DNA of 64,000 nt from Naegleria gruberi (taxonomy: Eukaryota). Each line of letters opens with the position of its first letter. The stretch's first letter is position 1. The notes beneath the pieces are model-generated. The model was not told where the DNA came from, searched no databases, and saw nothing but the letters and a program-made list of their open reading frames with translations. Made by a program: the position numbers and the translations under genes. The stretch lies in assembly GCA_000004985.1 (NCBI GenBank), contig GG738866.1. One strand, 5' to 3'. Shown here in pieces: positions 45,401 to 56,577 of the stretch.

Positions 45401-47020
45401 TCCCCAGGCTATTTGTCATCAGTTGAAGCTGGTTCAGAGAGTATTCTCTTCACCACTGAAACTGAGATTCTTGAAAGAATCGATAGATATGATCAAGAAG
45501 TTTATGCCAACCTTCCAACAGAACCTGAAGTTATCAATAATTGTGAAAGACCAAAAACAGCCAGTAAGGATGTAATGGATACAAGCTTTAATCCTATTGA
45601 ACATTTTTCTAATATGGATCCATCCGAGAGACCACTCACTAGCGCCCTTCCGCCTAAAGAGCAACATTTCAATAACAATAATGGTCTTGTAAGAGGTCAA
45701 AAAATAAGAATTATTTTAGAAAGCTCATGGGGTGATCTGTTCTACATAGGGCTAACCGGTATTGAGGTTCTTGGGAAGGATGAAAAACTTATTAAGGTAA
45801 CAACTGAGCAGTTGAGCGCAAAGCCTAGAGATATGAACGAAGTCGCTGGCCACTCTGGAGACTACAGAACCTTGGATAAATTAGTGGATGGTCTCAACGT
45901 TACCACTGATGACAGGCACATGTGGATGGTACCAGTTACTTTATTTAAAGAACGTCCTTATATAGAAATCGATTTAAGAAAGGAAACTGAAATTTCTGGA
46001 CTCAGATTTTTCAATTATAATAAGAACCTTGAAGATACTTTTAGAGGAGTTAAGAAAATTTCAATCTTATTAGATGACAAACCATTGCTAGACAATGAAG
46101 AGAGCTGTTTTATCCTTAAAAAAGCTCCTGGTAACACTAACTTTGATTTTGGTCATACTATTTTGTTCTCAGAAACTGGAACAACCTCTAACAGAAACTC
46201 TTTAGAAAATATGACGTCAAAATCAAAAGAAAACTCGGCTAGAGGTAGCTCCCTCAGAAACAGCTCTTTACTAAATGAAGGTATTCAGCAAGCTATCCTC
46301 AAGGCACAATCAATGCAAAATCTCCAACCGCCTCGTCAAGACTACCAAACGGCATTGCTTCCATGTGCCTATACTTTCAAGTTCCATTTGATTTCTTCTC
46401 TTGGCGATCCTTACTATGTTGGATTAAATGGAATCGAGCTATTTGATGCCAGACACGAGAGAATTCCTCTCACAGTTGCCAATATACAAGCAAGCCCATA
46501 CAGTGTCTCGAAAGATGATGTCAGAACTCCTGACAAACTTCTTGACGGTGTCAATAACACTTGGAATGATAGCCATATGTGGTTGACTTTAATAGAACCT
46601 GGTCAAGATAATTATTTGTACATTACATTTGAGGAACCTATTGCTGTGTCTTTTATTAAGATTTGGAATTATAGTAAAACTCCCAGCAGAGGTGTAGAAG
46701 AGTTAATTGTTTATGCGGACGATGTAATTATTTATAAGGGATTTTTAAGAATGGCCCCTGCAATTAACGATCTTAATATTGACCTTAAGAAAGATTTTGC
46801 TCAATCCATACTATTTACAAATGACCCAACCATTTGCCAGCGAGAAAAGAAAAGAATTTATTCGAGAACTCTTGACGATCAAGATGTAAAGTATTACAAT
46901 GAAAAACAATTGGTTAAACCAGCAACTCAACAACAATTACCTCCACAATATCATGTTAAACCCCCTTCACGAGAATACTACCCTTCAACAAGACCTACAA
47001 CATCCGTTGTCAATAAATAA
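42431..47020 (+). CDS. KATNIP: Katanin-interacting protein (KATNIP/KIAA0556-like; DUF4457 repeats); exons 42431..42598, 42641..43768, 43811..47020
   Basis: Four copies of the ..WG(D/H)..Y(L/I)GL(S/T/N)GIE(I/L)(F/L)D ... (F/I)WNYNKS ... module. Introns GAA|GTAGGT..CAATAG and AAT|GTAAGT..GAAAAAG. Confidence 0.65.
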
Positions 47021-47059
47021 ACCTTTTTAATTTACAATATTTACAATGTGTACAAATAA

Positions 47060-47972
47060 TTAATCTGCTTCATCATCAGAAAGTTCACTATCTCTGGATA
47101 AATCCATTTGATCATTTTCCTCTCTCACTAAGTGGCAATTCATAACATCAAGAATTGCAGGGAAATCAACTTTTTCTTGGAGTCTCTTTTGAGAAAACAT
47201 TAAAATCTTTAAAAGAAGTTGAAGTTTTGGTGTTGCTTCCAACTGTTGACTTTTCAATATTGCTGAATTCAATTCACTTGCTGTTTTCTGCCTTTGACCA
47301 TTTCCTAAAAGGCTCGAATATGGGCAAGACTTTTGATCCTCAAATGCCAATAAGCTCATTACTTTTTCGACCTCCTGTAAAAACTCTGAATTATCCTCTA
47401 CAAGAGGTACTAATTCTTCCTGGGCGAATCTTGTTTACAAATTGTTACAATCCATTACAATGATATTCTTACCTTAATGCATCATCTATTTTTCCACTCC
47501 TTATTAATTCAATCAATTGTTGTTGTTTCAGTTTGAAGAATAACTCTGGAGATGAATCGAGAATTTGTGGGTTCAGCATATTGACTTCTCCAATTGCTCC
47601 GATAATATCTCCCTCAATAACCTTCTTCCTAATTGTTACTCGTTCTCCAATTCCATTTGTATTAGTTTCATTTGTATCTTTGTTAACAAAGTATTGCATT
47701 ATTATGCTTTCATTGTCAATTATACCTACCATCATTCTTCAAGCCTGATTCTTGTTGAAAAACTTGAGCAGCCTCTTTATAACCCTCCACAACCAAATAA
47801 TTCAAAACAAGAGAATCCAAATCACTGAAATTATATTGATCACACTCTTAAAATAAATCATTAAAATTACCTTCTATTGATTTTAATTTGCGCCAACTTA
47901 TCTTCCCACTCATTCCGATCAATAATTGATTTTTGAAAGGCTCTAACTGCTGGTTTAGACATTTTTTTATTT
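47060..47972 (-). CDS. GID8: GID8/TWA1 (CTLH-complex subunit, LisH-CTLH-CRA); exons 47871..47972, 47730..47824, 47473..47677, 47060..47429
   Basis: Strong match to GID8: ..DLDSLVLNYLVVEGYKEAAQVFQQESGL.., RVTIRKKVIEGDIIGAIGEVNMLNPQILD, LFFKLKQQQLIELIRSGKIDDAL, FAQEELVPL..MSLLAFEDQKS..KLQLLLKILMFSQ. Three GTA-AG introns of 43-52 nt. Confidence 0.7.
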
Positions 47973-48353
47973 TTAATCTTCTTAATTTAGATTCATTGTA
48001 AAGAATCATAAATTGTTGCCTTACTTTTCTCAGTATTTGTAAGTAGGTTGAATTGGTTCTTCACTCTTTGTTTTATTTATTACAATGAAAGCAACCTATA
48101 GAAAATCATATATTCTGTTGTAACTTCTATTTCATTAAATATCTCACTCAAACTCCTCTTTGTTTTTATCAAAGGTTGTCTAAATGAGCTCTTATTCTTG
48201 AAGAAAATACTCTTCCGCCCCTAACAAACAATACACAATCTAAACATTCACTATTATTAATTAATAAATAGCTAAATAATTATTCTCTGATGGTTTCTGT
48301 TGATGAGATGATGACAATAATAATTGAACCAAATTTTTATTGATTCAAAAAAA

Positions 48354-51206
48354 ATGAGCAACAATTCATCATCTAAAAATTTCCAACAAAACACAAAATT
48401 GTTGAATAAATCTCAGCACTTGATAAAGAGTTTTCACATTTCTCCTTTCATTTCGCTAGTATATAAGAATGATATTGGAGATAATATACAACGTGTAGCT
48501 TTTTCTAATGTATCACAACAATTCTATATTTGTTGTGCTGATAGTAAAATTAATATAGTTGAATATGCAACAGGAGAAAGATTATATACTATCGAAGCCG
48601 ATTCAAATGTTACTTGTCTTTCATTAAGTTCGGATGATAGATTCCTTGCTGTTAGTTGTAAGAGTGGACAAGTTACAATTTATAGTATGAAGCAACAAAA
48701 GGCTTTGAAAACTTTCCGAGTTGGTGTTTCTTCACCTGTTATTCAATTAGCCTACTCTCCTGATGATGCCTTTTTAGCTATGGCTCATGGTGATGGTAGT
48801 ATTGATATTTATTATACTCCTACAACTCAAGATGAATCAACAGGACAACCTGCTTTACTTAAATTATTATTTACAATTAAGAAACATCATCAAGGACAAA
48901 TACATTTAATGAAATGGATTGATAATTTATGGTTAGCATCAAGTGGTTTGGATGGAGCTAAAGTAATGCAAATAGGAAATGAAGAAGATGAAAGTCGTCC
49001 ATATAAAATTATTGCAAGTATTCATGATAATAGAAATGATATTAGAGATGTTACTTTATTGAAGGAACATGATACTGAAGATAATACTAAACCAATTTAT
49101 TTAATGACTGCTGGACATGGTTCTTTATATCAATTTAAATGGAATGAAAAGAATTCTACATTCAATTTATCTAACACAATTCCTATCAAACATTATTTCT
49201 CAAGTATGATTGAAATAACTTCTACTGAAAATGATTCATTTACTCTTATTGCCAGTACTCCTGTTAAGAAAAAGAATAATTTGGTGAGGATAACAGTTAA
49301 GAAACCACAAGTTTCTGATAAAAAGAAGAAGAAGGACGAAGATGATGACGATGATGCTGTTAAAATTGAATATATTCCTGAAAAATCACTTGTTGGTCTT
49401 TCGCAATTATTCAAATTATCTGATTCTGAAATTTTTGCTATTACCATTGATTCAAATTTTGCAATTTTCAAGAGAAAGGAGAATGAAGCAAATGGTGATG
49501 AATCTGCTAAAGCTAAACTCAAGAAGAAACTTTCAAAGAAGGAAGATGTTACAGAAGTTGCCTCTAAAGGAGTTTTGTTTGAAAAAGTTGGTCAAAGATT
49601 GGGATTCAACGATGATGTCTTGGATATGTCATTGTTCTCATCTAGAAATATGTTGGCCGTCGCTACAAATTCTGAGAATGTTACCTTGTTGAATTTGAGT
49701 GATGCCAATCAAGATCCAATTGAAGTTTCTGGACACTCTGAAATGATCTTGTCTCTTGATCGCTCAAAGGATAAGGATCAACGTTATTTGGTCACTGGTT
49801 CTAAGGATAAATCTATTAGAGTTTGGGATGTCTCTAAATACGGAAATACACAAGGAGAAGAACATGTCACCCCTGTTTCTGTTGGTACAAGCCACTTGAC
49901 CGGTGTTACTGCTGTCTGTGTTTCTAACCACAAACGAAAGCTCAAAGATTCTAAGGAAGAAGATTTCTTCATTTACTCTGCATCAGATGATGGTGTTCTT
50001 AAAAAGTGGAAATTATCTGATTGTAGCTTGTTAGGTACAAACTCTGAAAGCCACAAAAAGACTGTCAGTGAAATTTCAGTTTCACCTGATGATTCAATGA
50101 TTGCCACTGCTAGTGCTGATAAGACTGCTAAAGTTTTTGATACTTCTGATTTGTCTAAGGTTCTCTTTGAATTCCCTCACAAGAAAGCAGTGTGGTGTGT
50201 CAAGTTCTCACCTGTTGATAAAGTTATTGCTACTGGTTGCAGTGATAACATGATTAGAATTTGGTCTTTAAAGACTGGTAACTGTGTTAAAGTTTTGGAA
50301 GGTCATGATCAATCAATTCTCAAGATGCAATTCTTGAATAATGGTGCTCAATTGGTTTCTGCAGATGCCAATGGTGTTGTAAGATTGTGGGTTATTAAGA
50401 CTGGTGAATGCATTAAAGTTTTTGGTGATGCTCACACTGACAGAATTTGGGCTGTTTCTGTAGATCAAAAGACCAATCAATTGATTACTGGTGGTGAAGA
50501 TTCCAGAATTAATATTTGGCATGATAACACTGAAGAAATTAAGGAAGAACAAAGAGAAGATGTAAATTTGTCAGTTATTCAAGATCAAGAATTGAGGAAT
50601 TTGGAAAGACAAGGTAAAATGAAGGATGTCCTTAGAAAAGCCATTGAATTGGATAGACCAAAGCTCACCTATACAACCATTGAAAAACTTGTCAAGACTG
50701 ATGAGAAGACTGTCTTGGAAGGTTTGATTATGGAATTACCAAAGATTCACCTTATGCACCTATTCCAATACTGTATTGATTGGAACTCTAACTCAAAGTT
50801 TTGTCAAATTGCTCAACTTGTTTTAAAGATAATGTTTGACCTTGTAGAACCATCTTTCATTGATATTGCCTATGAAAAATCAGTAGATGCTTTGTCATTG
50901 TACAGTCAGAGACACTTAAAGAGAATAACTTATTTAGAACAAAAGAGTTTCATTTTAGAACATGCATTGAATCAAATGAATGCCTTAACGCCAATCGAAA
51001 ATTCATCCAATGTTGAAACTTTGAAGAGTATGCCATCAAAGAAGAGAAAGGAAATTGATACATCAAAGGTTGTTCAAGAACCAATTCAGTTCAAGACTGT
51101 TGAAGTTGTTGATGAAGATGTAGAATTTTCAGACCAAGAAGGAGAATTTGATGAAGATGGTGAAGAGGAAACATTCGAACCATCTACAAAAAAGCAAAAA
51201 AATTAA
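48354..51206 (+). CDS. UTP13: U3 snoRNP protein UTP13/TBL3 (WD40 repeats + Utp13 C-terminal domain)
   Basis: ~10 WD repeats (..LVTGSKDKSIRVWDV.., ..ATGCSDNMIRIWSL.., ..SADANGVVRLWVI..). The C-terminal Utp13 block reads VLRKAIELDRPKLTY..LPKIHLMHLFQYCIDWNSNSKFCQIAQLVLKIMF. Confidence 0.75.
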   Translation: MSNNSSSKNFQQNTKLLNKSQHLIKSFHISPFISLVYKNDIGDNIQRVAFSNVSQQFYICCADSKINIVEYATGERLYTIEADSNVTCLSLSSDDRFLAVSCKSGQVTIYSMKQQKALKTFRVGVSSPVIQLAYSPDDAFLAMAHGDGSIDIYYTPTTQDESTGQPALLKLLFTIKKHHQGQIHLMKWIDNLWLASSGLDGAKVMQIGNEEDESRPYKIIASIHDNRNDIRDVTLLKEHDTEDNTKPIYLMTAGHGSLYQFKWNEKNSTFNLSNTIPIKHYFSSMIEITSTENDSFTLIASTPVKKKNNLVRITVKKPQVSDKKKKKDEDDDDDAVKIEYIPEKSLVGLSQLFKLSDSEIFAITIDSNFAIFKRKENEANGDESAKAKLKKKLSKKEDVTEVASKGVLFEKVGQRLGFNDDVLDMSLFSSRNMLAVATNSENVTLLNLSDANQDPIEVSGHSEMILSLDRSKDKDQRYLVTGSKDKSIRVWDVSKYGNTQGEEHVTPVSVGTSHLTGVTAVCVSNHKRKLKDSKEEDFFIYSASDDGVLKKWKLSDCSLLGTNSESHKKTVSEISVSPDDSMIATASADKTAKVFDTSDLSKVLFEFPHKKAVWCVKFSPVDKVIATGCSDNMIRIWSLKTGNCVKVLEGHDQSILKMQFLNNGAQLVSADANGVVRLWVIKTGECIKVFGDAHTDRIWAVSVDQKTNQLITGGEDSRINIWHDNTEEIKEEQREDVNLSVIQDQELRNLERQGKMKDVLRKAIELDRPKLTYTTIEKLVKTDEKTVLEGLIMELPKIHLMHLFQYCIDWNSNSKFCQIAQLVLKIMFDLVEPSFIDIAYEKSVDALSLYSQRHLKRITYLEQKSFILEHALNQMNALTPIENSSNVETLKSMPSKKRKEIDTSKVVQEPIQFKTVEVVDEDVEFSDQEGEFDEDGEEETFEPSTKKQKN

Positions 51207-51220
51207 AATGTTAAAATTCT

Positions 51221-52153
51221 TTAATTAGTTGTGGTTGGTGTCTTTTCAGCTTCATCATCAATTGAGTTGAAGGTATTTGATGTTTCAGAATTATGAACCA
51301 AGAAAGTACGAGCATTACGGAAAGTACTACCATCCTTGATGGAAAGCTTATTGTGCTTATATTGAACAATAACACCTTCTCCAAAGTGCAAAATCCACTT
51401 GAAACGGTCACAAATGTGAATTCTATCAGCATGATTGTTTGAATTCTTGTTCCAGACTTGTAAAACGTCTTCCTTAGTTCTCAAACTCAAAACACAACCA
51501 ACAACATTACCAGTTTCTATTTAAGGAAGGGTGATGAATTAAAATGAATATGAGTAACAATACATACCAAATTGTTCACAAATAGTAGAGAAAACGAGTT
51601 GTTCCCACAATCTATCACAGAAAGTTGATGTTTGACCATTTTCACCCTTTCTAATTTTGACCATCCAACATCCACCTAATTATTATTAAATTATTATTAT
51701 TAAATTTTTAATAAACGTAATGCGGAAATGTATACAAACCTTGAGGGAAACTATTTAAAATTAATAATTAAATATAATTAAATACATACGATTCCCACAT
51801 TGGTACTACTTCATGTCTGAACAATGAAATATTACTATTCTTTGGCAATTTGCTTGGCTTTTGGAGGTAAGAATAAACTTTGCAGAATTCATCAATTGAT
51901 GAAACGGTGGCAAGTTTAGTCAAACAATCACGGTATTGACTTCCATCCTTTTCCTTTTCATGATGTTCTTGATGATGATGTCCTTCTTTATCTACTTTAG
52001 TATTAGCATACCAAAAAGTCCATTTAGTTTCAAGTGGAAATCCTTTAGCTTTTAATTGTTCATCGCTATCATATGATTGAGACTTGGTCTTTTTAGCTGG
52101 TTGAGGAACTTCAAAAACAGTCTCGGAAACAACTTCTTGTTGAGATGTAGACA
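51221..52153 (-). CDS. EIF4E: Translation initiation factor eIF4E; exons 51790..52153, 51740..51750 (11-nt micro-exon), 51568..51675, 51221..51516
   Basis: ..KWTFWYANTK..., SLFRHEVVPMWE, then S-FPQ-G (micro-exon), GCWMVKIRKGENGQTSTFCDRLWEQLVFSTICEQF, ETGNVVGCVLSLRTKEDVLQVWNKN.. All are eIF4E cap-binding motifs. Confidence 0.75.
51740..51750 (-). other. 11-nt micro-exon (TTTCCCTCAAG) in eIF4E, between PMWE and GGCW
   Basis: Flanked by TTTTAAATAG| and |GTTTGTAT. It is the only canonical way to convert phase 2 (..GAATC|GTATGT) to phase 1 (ATTAG|GTGGATGTTGG). Confidence 0.55.
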
Positions 52154-52469
52154 TTTTTTTATTAATTTTTGTTCTTCTTTTCACCTTTTCACCACAGAAG
52201 CCTTCTTCCTAGCATAACAGGATATCAAAAGAGATTTGCACAAGCCATGTATTGTCTCATGGAGGCGAGAGTTGTTATTTGTTCTTTGACACTACTCCGA
52301 TATTTATCTCTAACAATTGATGATTGAGTGGAAGAGAATTTATTAAGAATGTTCACCTACTAACAACATTCCACGTGACTTCCTTCAAATGAATTCAAAG
52401 GAATTGCAGATTTAAGATAATTTATAGAGCTAATTGCAGCAAAAGAATCAACCTTTCTTATTAATTTTA

Positions 52470-54728
52470 TTAGAAATAGGCAAAGAAGAAGGTAACAACA
52501 ATTAAAATGTAAACAATAACCAATGCAGAACCTTGGAAGTAATTTGTTTTACCATCCAAACAAACAAAGTTCAAAACCAAAACACCAAAGAAAATTGCAA
52601 TCAAATTAATTTGAGGGAACATTAAATTGAAAATTCTCAACTCATCACCACTGAATAATAAAGCACTCACCAATACAAGTACTGGCATTTGAATTAGTGC
52701 AATTTGGATTGAGGCAGAGTTACCAATTTCCAAAGCAAGTGAAATATTATTTTGTAAAGCAAATTGAATGGCATTTACAAATTCAGCACAACTTGGCACA
52801 ATACTTAAAAAAGTTAAGCCAGCAAACATTGGATTAACACCAATCATATCAAATGCTGGTTCTAATGAGGCTGTCATTACTTCAGCCACTAGGGAATAAA
52901 CAATTGTACATAACACTAAAATACCAACACACAACCAAATTGGCCATACAGCACCAATTTCTTCCTCTTCTTGGTGATTGACATGATCTTCCTTATTCTC
53001 AGGAACTGGTGGTCTTTCAATCAAATAACGATGGGTTTTTAAGGAGAAAATCAATCCAATCAGATAGGCAATAGGTAAGATAGCAGAAACTGTATAAGCT
53101 AATGGTAAAGCTTGTCTTGTATAGACTGGATCTGTCAACATATCCTTTTGTACATATACACAACTATCACAAACTAATCCATATCCTTGTGTAGTATTCA
53201 CATTGGATCCGTTTATATTACCAACAATTGGTAATTTCAATCCTTGAGTTTCATTGACATTAATTGCTGCATTCACACAGACACCACATTTCAATTCATA
53301 ATGACCTGAATACAATTGATAGAATAATGAAGGTAACAATGCTGCAACTACACTCACCAATAATAGAGCACTTGAAACACTAGCAGCTTGTTTGTTAAAG
53401 AATTGTTGCTTAAACTTGAGACCTCCTAGGACCATGGCTAGACCAGGCACTAATAAGATAGTAAGTAATAAAGCTCCAGTTATGGCACTGACAACTACAT
53501 CATGTAAATTCTTAGATAAGGCTAAAATATATAAAATCATTTCAATAATACTTCCACATATCGAGTTCAAAAGAGCACCAATAAGGAAATTAGTTTGGGC
53601 TGAAATGGCAGCAATAGCCTTACCAATCAAATATGATAATGGAACTGTTGAAATCAAACAGAATGGGAATATCAAGACGGAATATTTTGTTACAAATTCT
53701 TCACCAAATGCATAACCCAATACTATAGAAACTAAACTGAAAGGTAACATGTTAAATAAAATGACATTGAGTCCAAAAACATTGTGTTTGTAGTAATAAA
53801 TATTAGTGGCTTGAATTGTACATAATATGACATCAGAAGTAACCTTAGGTGGATATTCATTACTGACATTTAAACTTAAGAAATGTCTGTACAAAAATTT
53901 GATACCTTCAAAATGAATCTTACTAGTTGGAATACCAACAATTGAAAACCAACTCATTAATGAAACCATCAAGTGAGAAAATAAAAGTATTGGAGCAATC
54001 AATAACCAAATAAGATAGGAAATGACATCTAGGACAGTATATCTTTGATACCATTTCAATTTGGAGTCATCATTGTAATAGTCTACATTTTCTGCAATTG
54101 GAACTTGTTCAGCATTCAAAAGAGGACTTGACTCAGTCCTTCTACTAGTTTTTACAACCTTCACACGTTCAACATATTTACCAAATGGATATAAATAATA
54201 AAAGGAAAATTTGAAACATTTCAAACCATATGGAATTGTAAAAATTGCTAAACAAGACAAAACTCCAACCATTAAATATGTTAAAAACATCCACCAACCA
54301 ATAAATATCACATAGAGTACATTTCCAATACTCAAAAAGCTCTTTTTCTCAAAACTAGATAAACTCCTGTCATTCCACATATGCAACTGTTTAACTTTAT
54401 CACTTCTTTCCTCAAATTTTCTTTCACCTAACATTCCCTTCCATGGTTTAAATCCAAACAAGTAATTTTGATAATTCTTAGTAGTATCAATCTTATTAGA
54501 GGCACGTTCCACAACCACGGGATGAGCATTCTCTGCATTGACCTCACTATTTCCAGAAAATGAAGAATCAGGCAACAATTTACGTTGTCTCATTCCATCG
54601 TCATTGGTTGTTGGGGAGAGTATGATTTGGTCATCATCGATTGGTTCTTCCAAAGACTTCATTTTGCATTGTGTCTTGGTGTATTTGTATTGATGAGTCT
54701 TCTTGTAACAGACTCGGAAATGGTTCAT
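52470..54728 (-). CDS. Ca2+/cation antiporter (CaCA) superfamily cation/H+ exchanger with long N-terminal membrane extension (VNX1/CAX-like)
   Basis: Two alpha-repeat signatures, GLTFLSIVPSCAEFVNAIQFALQNNISLALEIGNSASIQIALIQMPVLVL and ..GKAIAAISAQTNFLIGALLNSICGSIIEMIL. More than 12 TM helices. Confidence 0.65.
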   Translation of the reverse strand: MNHFRVCYKKTHQYKYTKTQCKMKSLEEPIDDDQIILSPTTNDDGMRQRKLLPDSSFSGNSEVNAENAHPVVVERASNKIDTTKNYQNYLFGFKPWKGMLGERKFEERSDKVKQLHMWNDRSLSSFEKKSFLSIGNVLYVIFIGWWMFLTYLMVGVLSCLAIFTIPYGLKCFKFSFYYLYPFGKYVERVKVVKTSRRTESSPLLNAEQVPIAENVDYYNDDSKLKWYQRYTVLDVISYLIWLLIAPILLFSHLMVSLMSWFSIVGIPTSKIHFEGIKFLYRHFLSLNVSNEYPPKVTSDVILCTIQATNIYYYKHNVFGLNVILFNMLPFSLVSIVLGYAFGEEFVTKYSVLIFPFCLISTVPLSYLIGKAIAAISAQTNFLIGALLNSICGSIIEMILYILALSKNLHDVVVSAITGALLLTILLVPGLAMVLGGLKFKQQFFNKQAASVSSALLLVSVVAALLPSLFYQLYSGHYELKCGVCVNAAINVNETQGLKLPIVGNINGSNVNTTQGYGLVCDSCVYVQKDMLTDPVYTRQALPLAYTVSAILPIAYLIGLIFSLKTHRYLIERPPVPENKEDHVNHQEEEEIGAVWPIWLCVGILVLCTIVYSLVAEVMTASLEPAFDMIGVNPMFAGLTFLSIVPSCAEFVNAIQFALQNNISLALEIGNSASIQIALIQMPVLVLVSALLFSGDELRIFNLMFPQINLIAIFFGVLVLNFVCLDGKTNYFQGSALVIVYILIVVTFFFAYF

Positions 54729-55648
54729 CTTCTTCACTAGGATGCATCTTTAATTTGCTATTATATGTTTAATATATGAAAGGATATTTAGCATTGATAA
54801 CAACAAGGTTATCCTAACAGTCTCTAAACTTGGTGATGATTCAATCAAGGGATAACAGTAGCGACTGTTGGAGTTTTTTTTGTTATTTTCGTTAATTAAC
54901 TTTTTCACCAATTTTGAAAGCAACCAAACACACATGTAGTTCATGCTATTCAATCCTTTGAGTGGAGCCATTCATTCATCACACTGGCCAACACAAGTTG
55001 TGTTACTGACTTTACACTGCTCTTCGTACTTCAATAAAGGGCATTGTAATGATTGGCAGCGTTCTTCGATTAAGCAAACGCGCAATGATTCGATGCTTTA
55101 GAATTTATAGTATCGTTACTAAAACAAACATTTACACCAAGTTTGTTAATTGCATTTTGTTTGTTTTTTTAAAATTTTCAATTATTACAATTTTAATGTT
55201 ATTCAGACTCGTGATTGACTAAATTGCCGTAGATGGTGATCTACAGATACTTCAGTAATTATTGAGGAATTTAAAGTGCCATATAGGTTTGTCATAATTT
55301 AGAAATTTTTTTTTTGTTGTTAAAACAGTCGAAAATGAGAAGGAATTTTTTAGAGATTGAGTATGTCCAATTTCTTCCTTTAGTCTACTTCCAAGTATTG
55401 AGAACGAATGAACAAAATATTAAGGATATTAATAAGTTGTCATATTTAGTTTTCATTCATTTCTCAACTTTGCAGAAGAGAGTTGGAATGCTTGATTATT
55501 GTCTTTGTAACCAACCAATATCTGGCTTGGTGTCTTGCTTGCCAACTGCCAATTCAAACAATTCTAAAACTCATTTTCTCAGATATTACAACTTCCAGTT
55601 CAAAAAATAATTAGTAAATTTTGAACAACAAAAAAAACTAATCACAAC

Positions 55649-56479
55649 ATGGCCCGTACTAAACAAACAGCACGTAAGATGCCACCAAAGGAATCCTACA
55701 AGAAGAGAAAAGATAATAATTGGCAAGTAGAAGAAAATTCCGAACCAAAGAAAAGAAAAATTGTCAACTTATTAAATCAAATATTTCCTTCCGATTTGAT
55801 AATAATTACCAAATCGGAAAGTAATGATGAAAGTTTTTCAGTAGCAGAACATAATCAGCCTTCCACTCCAAATCTATCGATTAAATTGAATGAACATGTT
55901 TGTAGTGAGAGATGTTTTGCTTGGTTGACAAAAGTCAATTGGACCAATTATTTCAAACATGATTATCCAGTTCCAATATCTTTTTATGATAATATTAAAG
56001 ATATGACAATATTTGCACCAAGTCCTGAACAGATTGATATTGATTATGCACAACACATTCTAAAACAAGTTGTATCAAAACAAGATGAATTTTCAGTTTC
56101 AATCTTCAAAGTTGAAATGGAAACTGATATAGATTCAGATCAGATAATACAATCAGTAACCTATGAATATAGAACATGTGGAATCAAATGCTATTACACG
56201 AGAGCAAAAGATTTTGCAAAGGAAGTTGTTATGATTTTTATTGACACTGAGAAATACTTGTGTTTTGGACATTATTATAATTTTCCCTATTTTACAATTC
56301 CATATGTTAATCATGGAAAAGAAGAAGATAATTCAATTAATTTGTGTGAAGAGGAATTCATTCAGTCAATCACCAATCCAGAAGGTCACCAAATTGAAAC
56401 TCCAATTTTACTTCCACTATCAAAAGTATTGGAAAATGCACAGGATTTTCTTGCTCAACTATTTGATTTGGAAAATTAA
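55649..56479 (+). CDS. Protein of unknown function whose first 10 residues are identical to the histone H3 N-terminal tail (MARTKQTARK), followed by basic NLS-like stretch and a non-histone globular body
   Basis: ATGGCCCGTACTAAACAAACAGCACGTAAG ATGCCACCAAAG... = MARTKQTARK-MPPKESYKKRKDNNW..PKKRKIV.. The 276-aa ORF is continuous. No H3 core (KSTGGKAPRKQL..) follows anywhere in the window. Confidence 0.55.
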   Translation: MARTKQTARKMPPKESYKKRKDNNWQVEENSEPKKRKIVNLLNQIFPSDLIIITKSESNDESFSVAEHNQPSTPNLSIKLNEHVCSERCFAWLTKVNWTNYFKHDYPVPISFYDNIKDMTIFAPSPEQIDIDYAQHILKQVVSKQDEFSVSIFKVEMETDIDSDQIIQSVTYEYRTCGIKCYYTRAKDFAKEVVMIFIDTEKYLCFGHYYNFPYFTIPYVNHGKEEDNSINLCEEEFIQSITNPEGHQIETPILLPLSKVLENAQDFLAQLFDLEN

Positions 56480-56577
56480 ATTATCTCATTCAATGTATTT
56501 CAATTCTTATTTTGCTTCACCTTCAAATATTTAAATATTTTAATTTATTAAATTAAAAAAATTAAAAATACAAAAAA

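Noticed and set aside
55649-55680. Possibility that MARTKQTARK is exon 1 of a canonical histone H3 gene
   Set aside because: Searched the six-frame track and the downstream sequence for the H3 core (STGGKAPRKQLATKAARK / histone fold). None is present in the window. Kept as an H3-tail-mimic finding instead, with the splice possibility stated.
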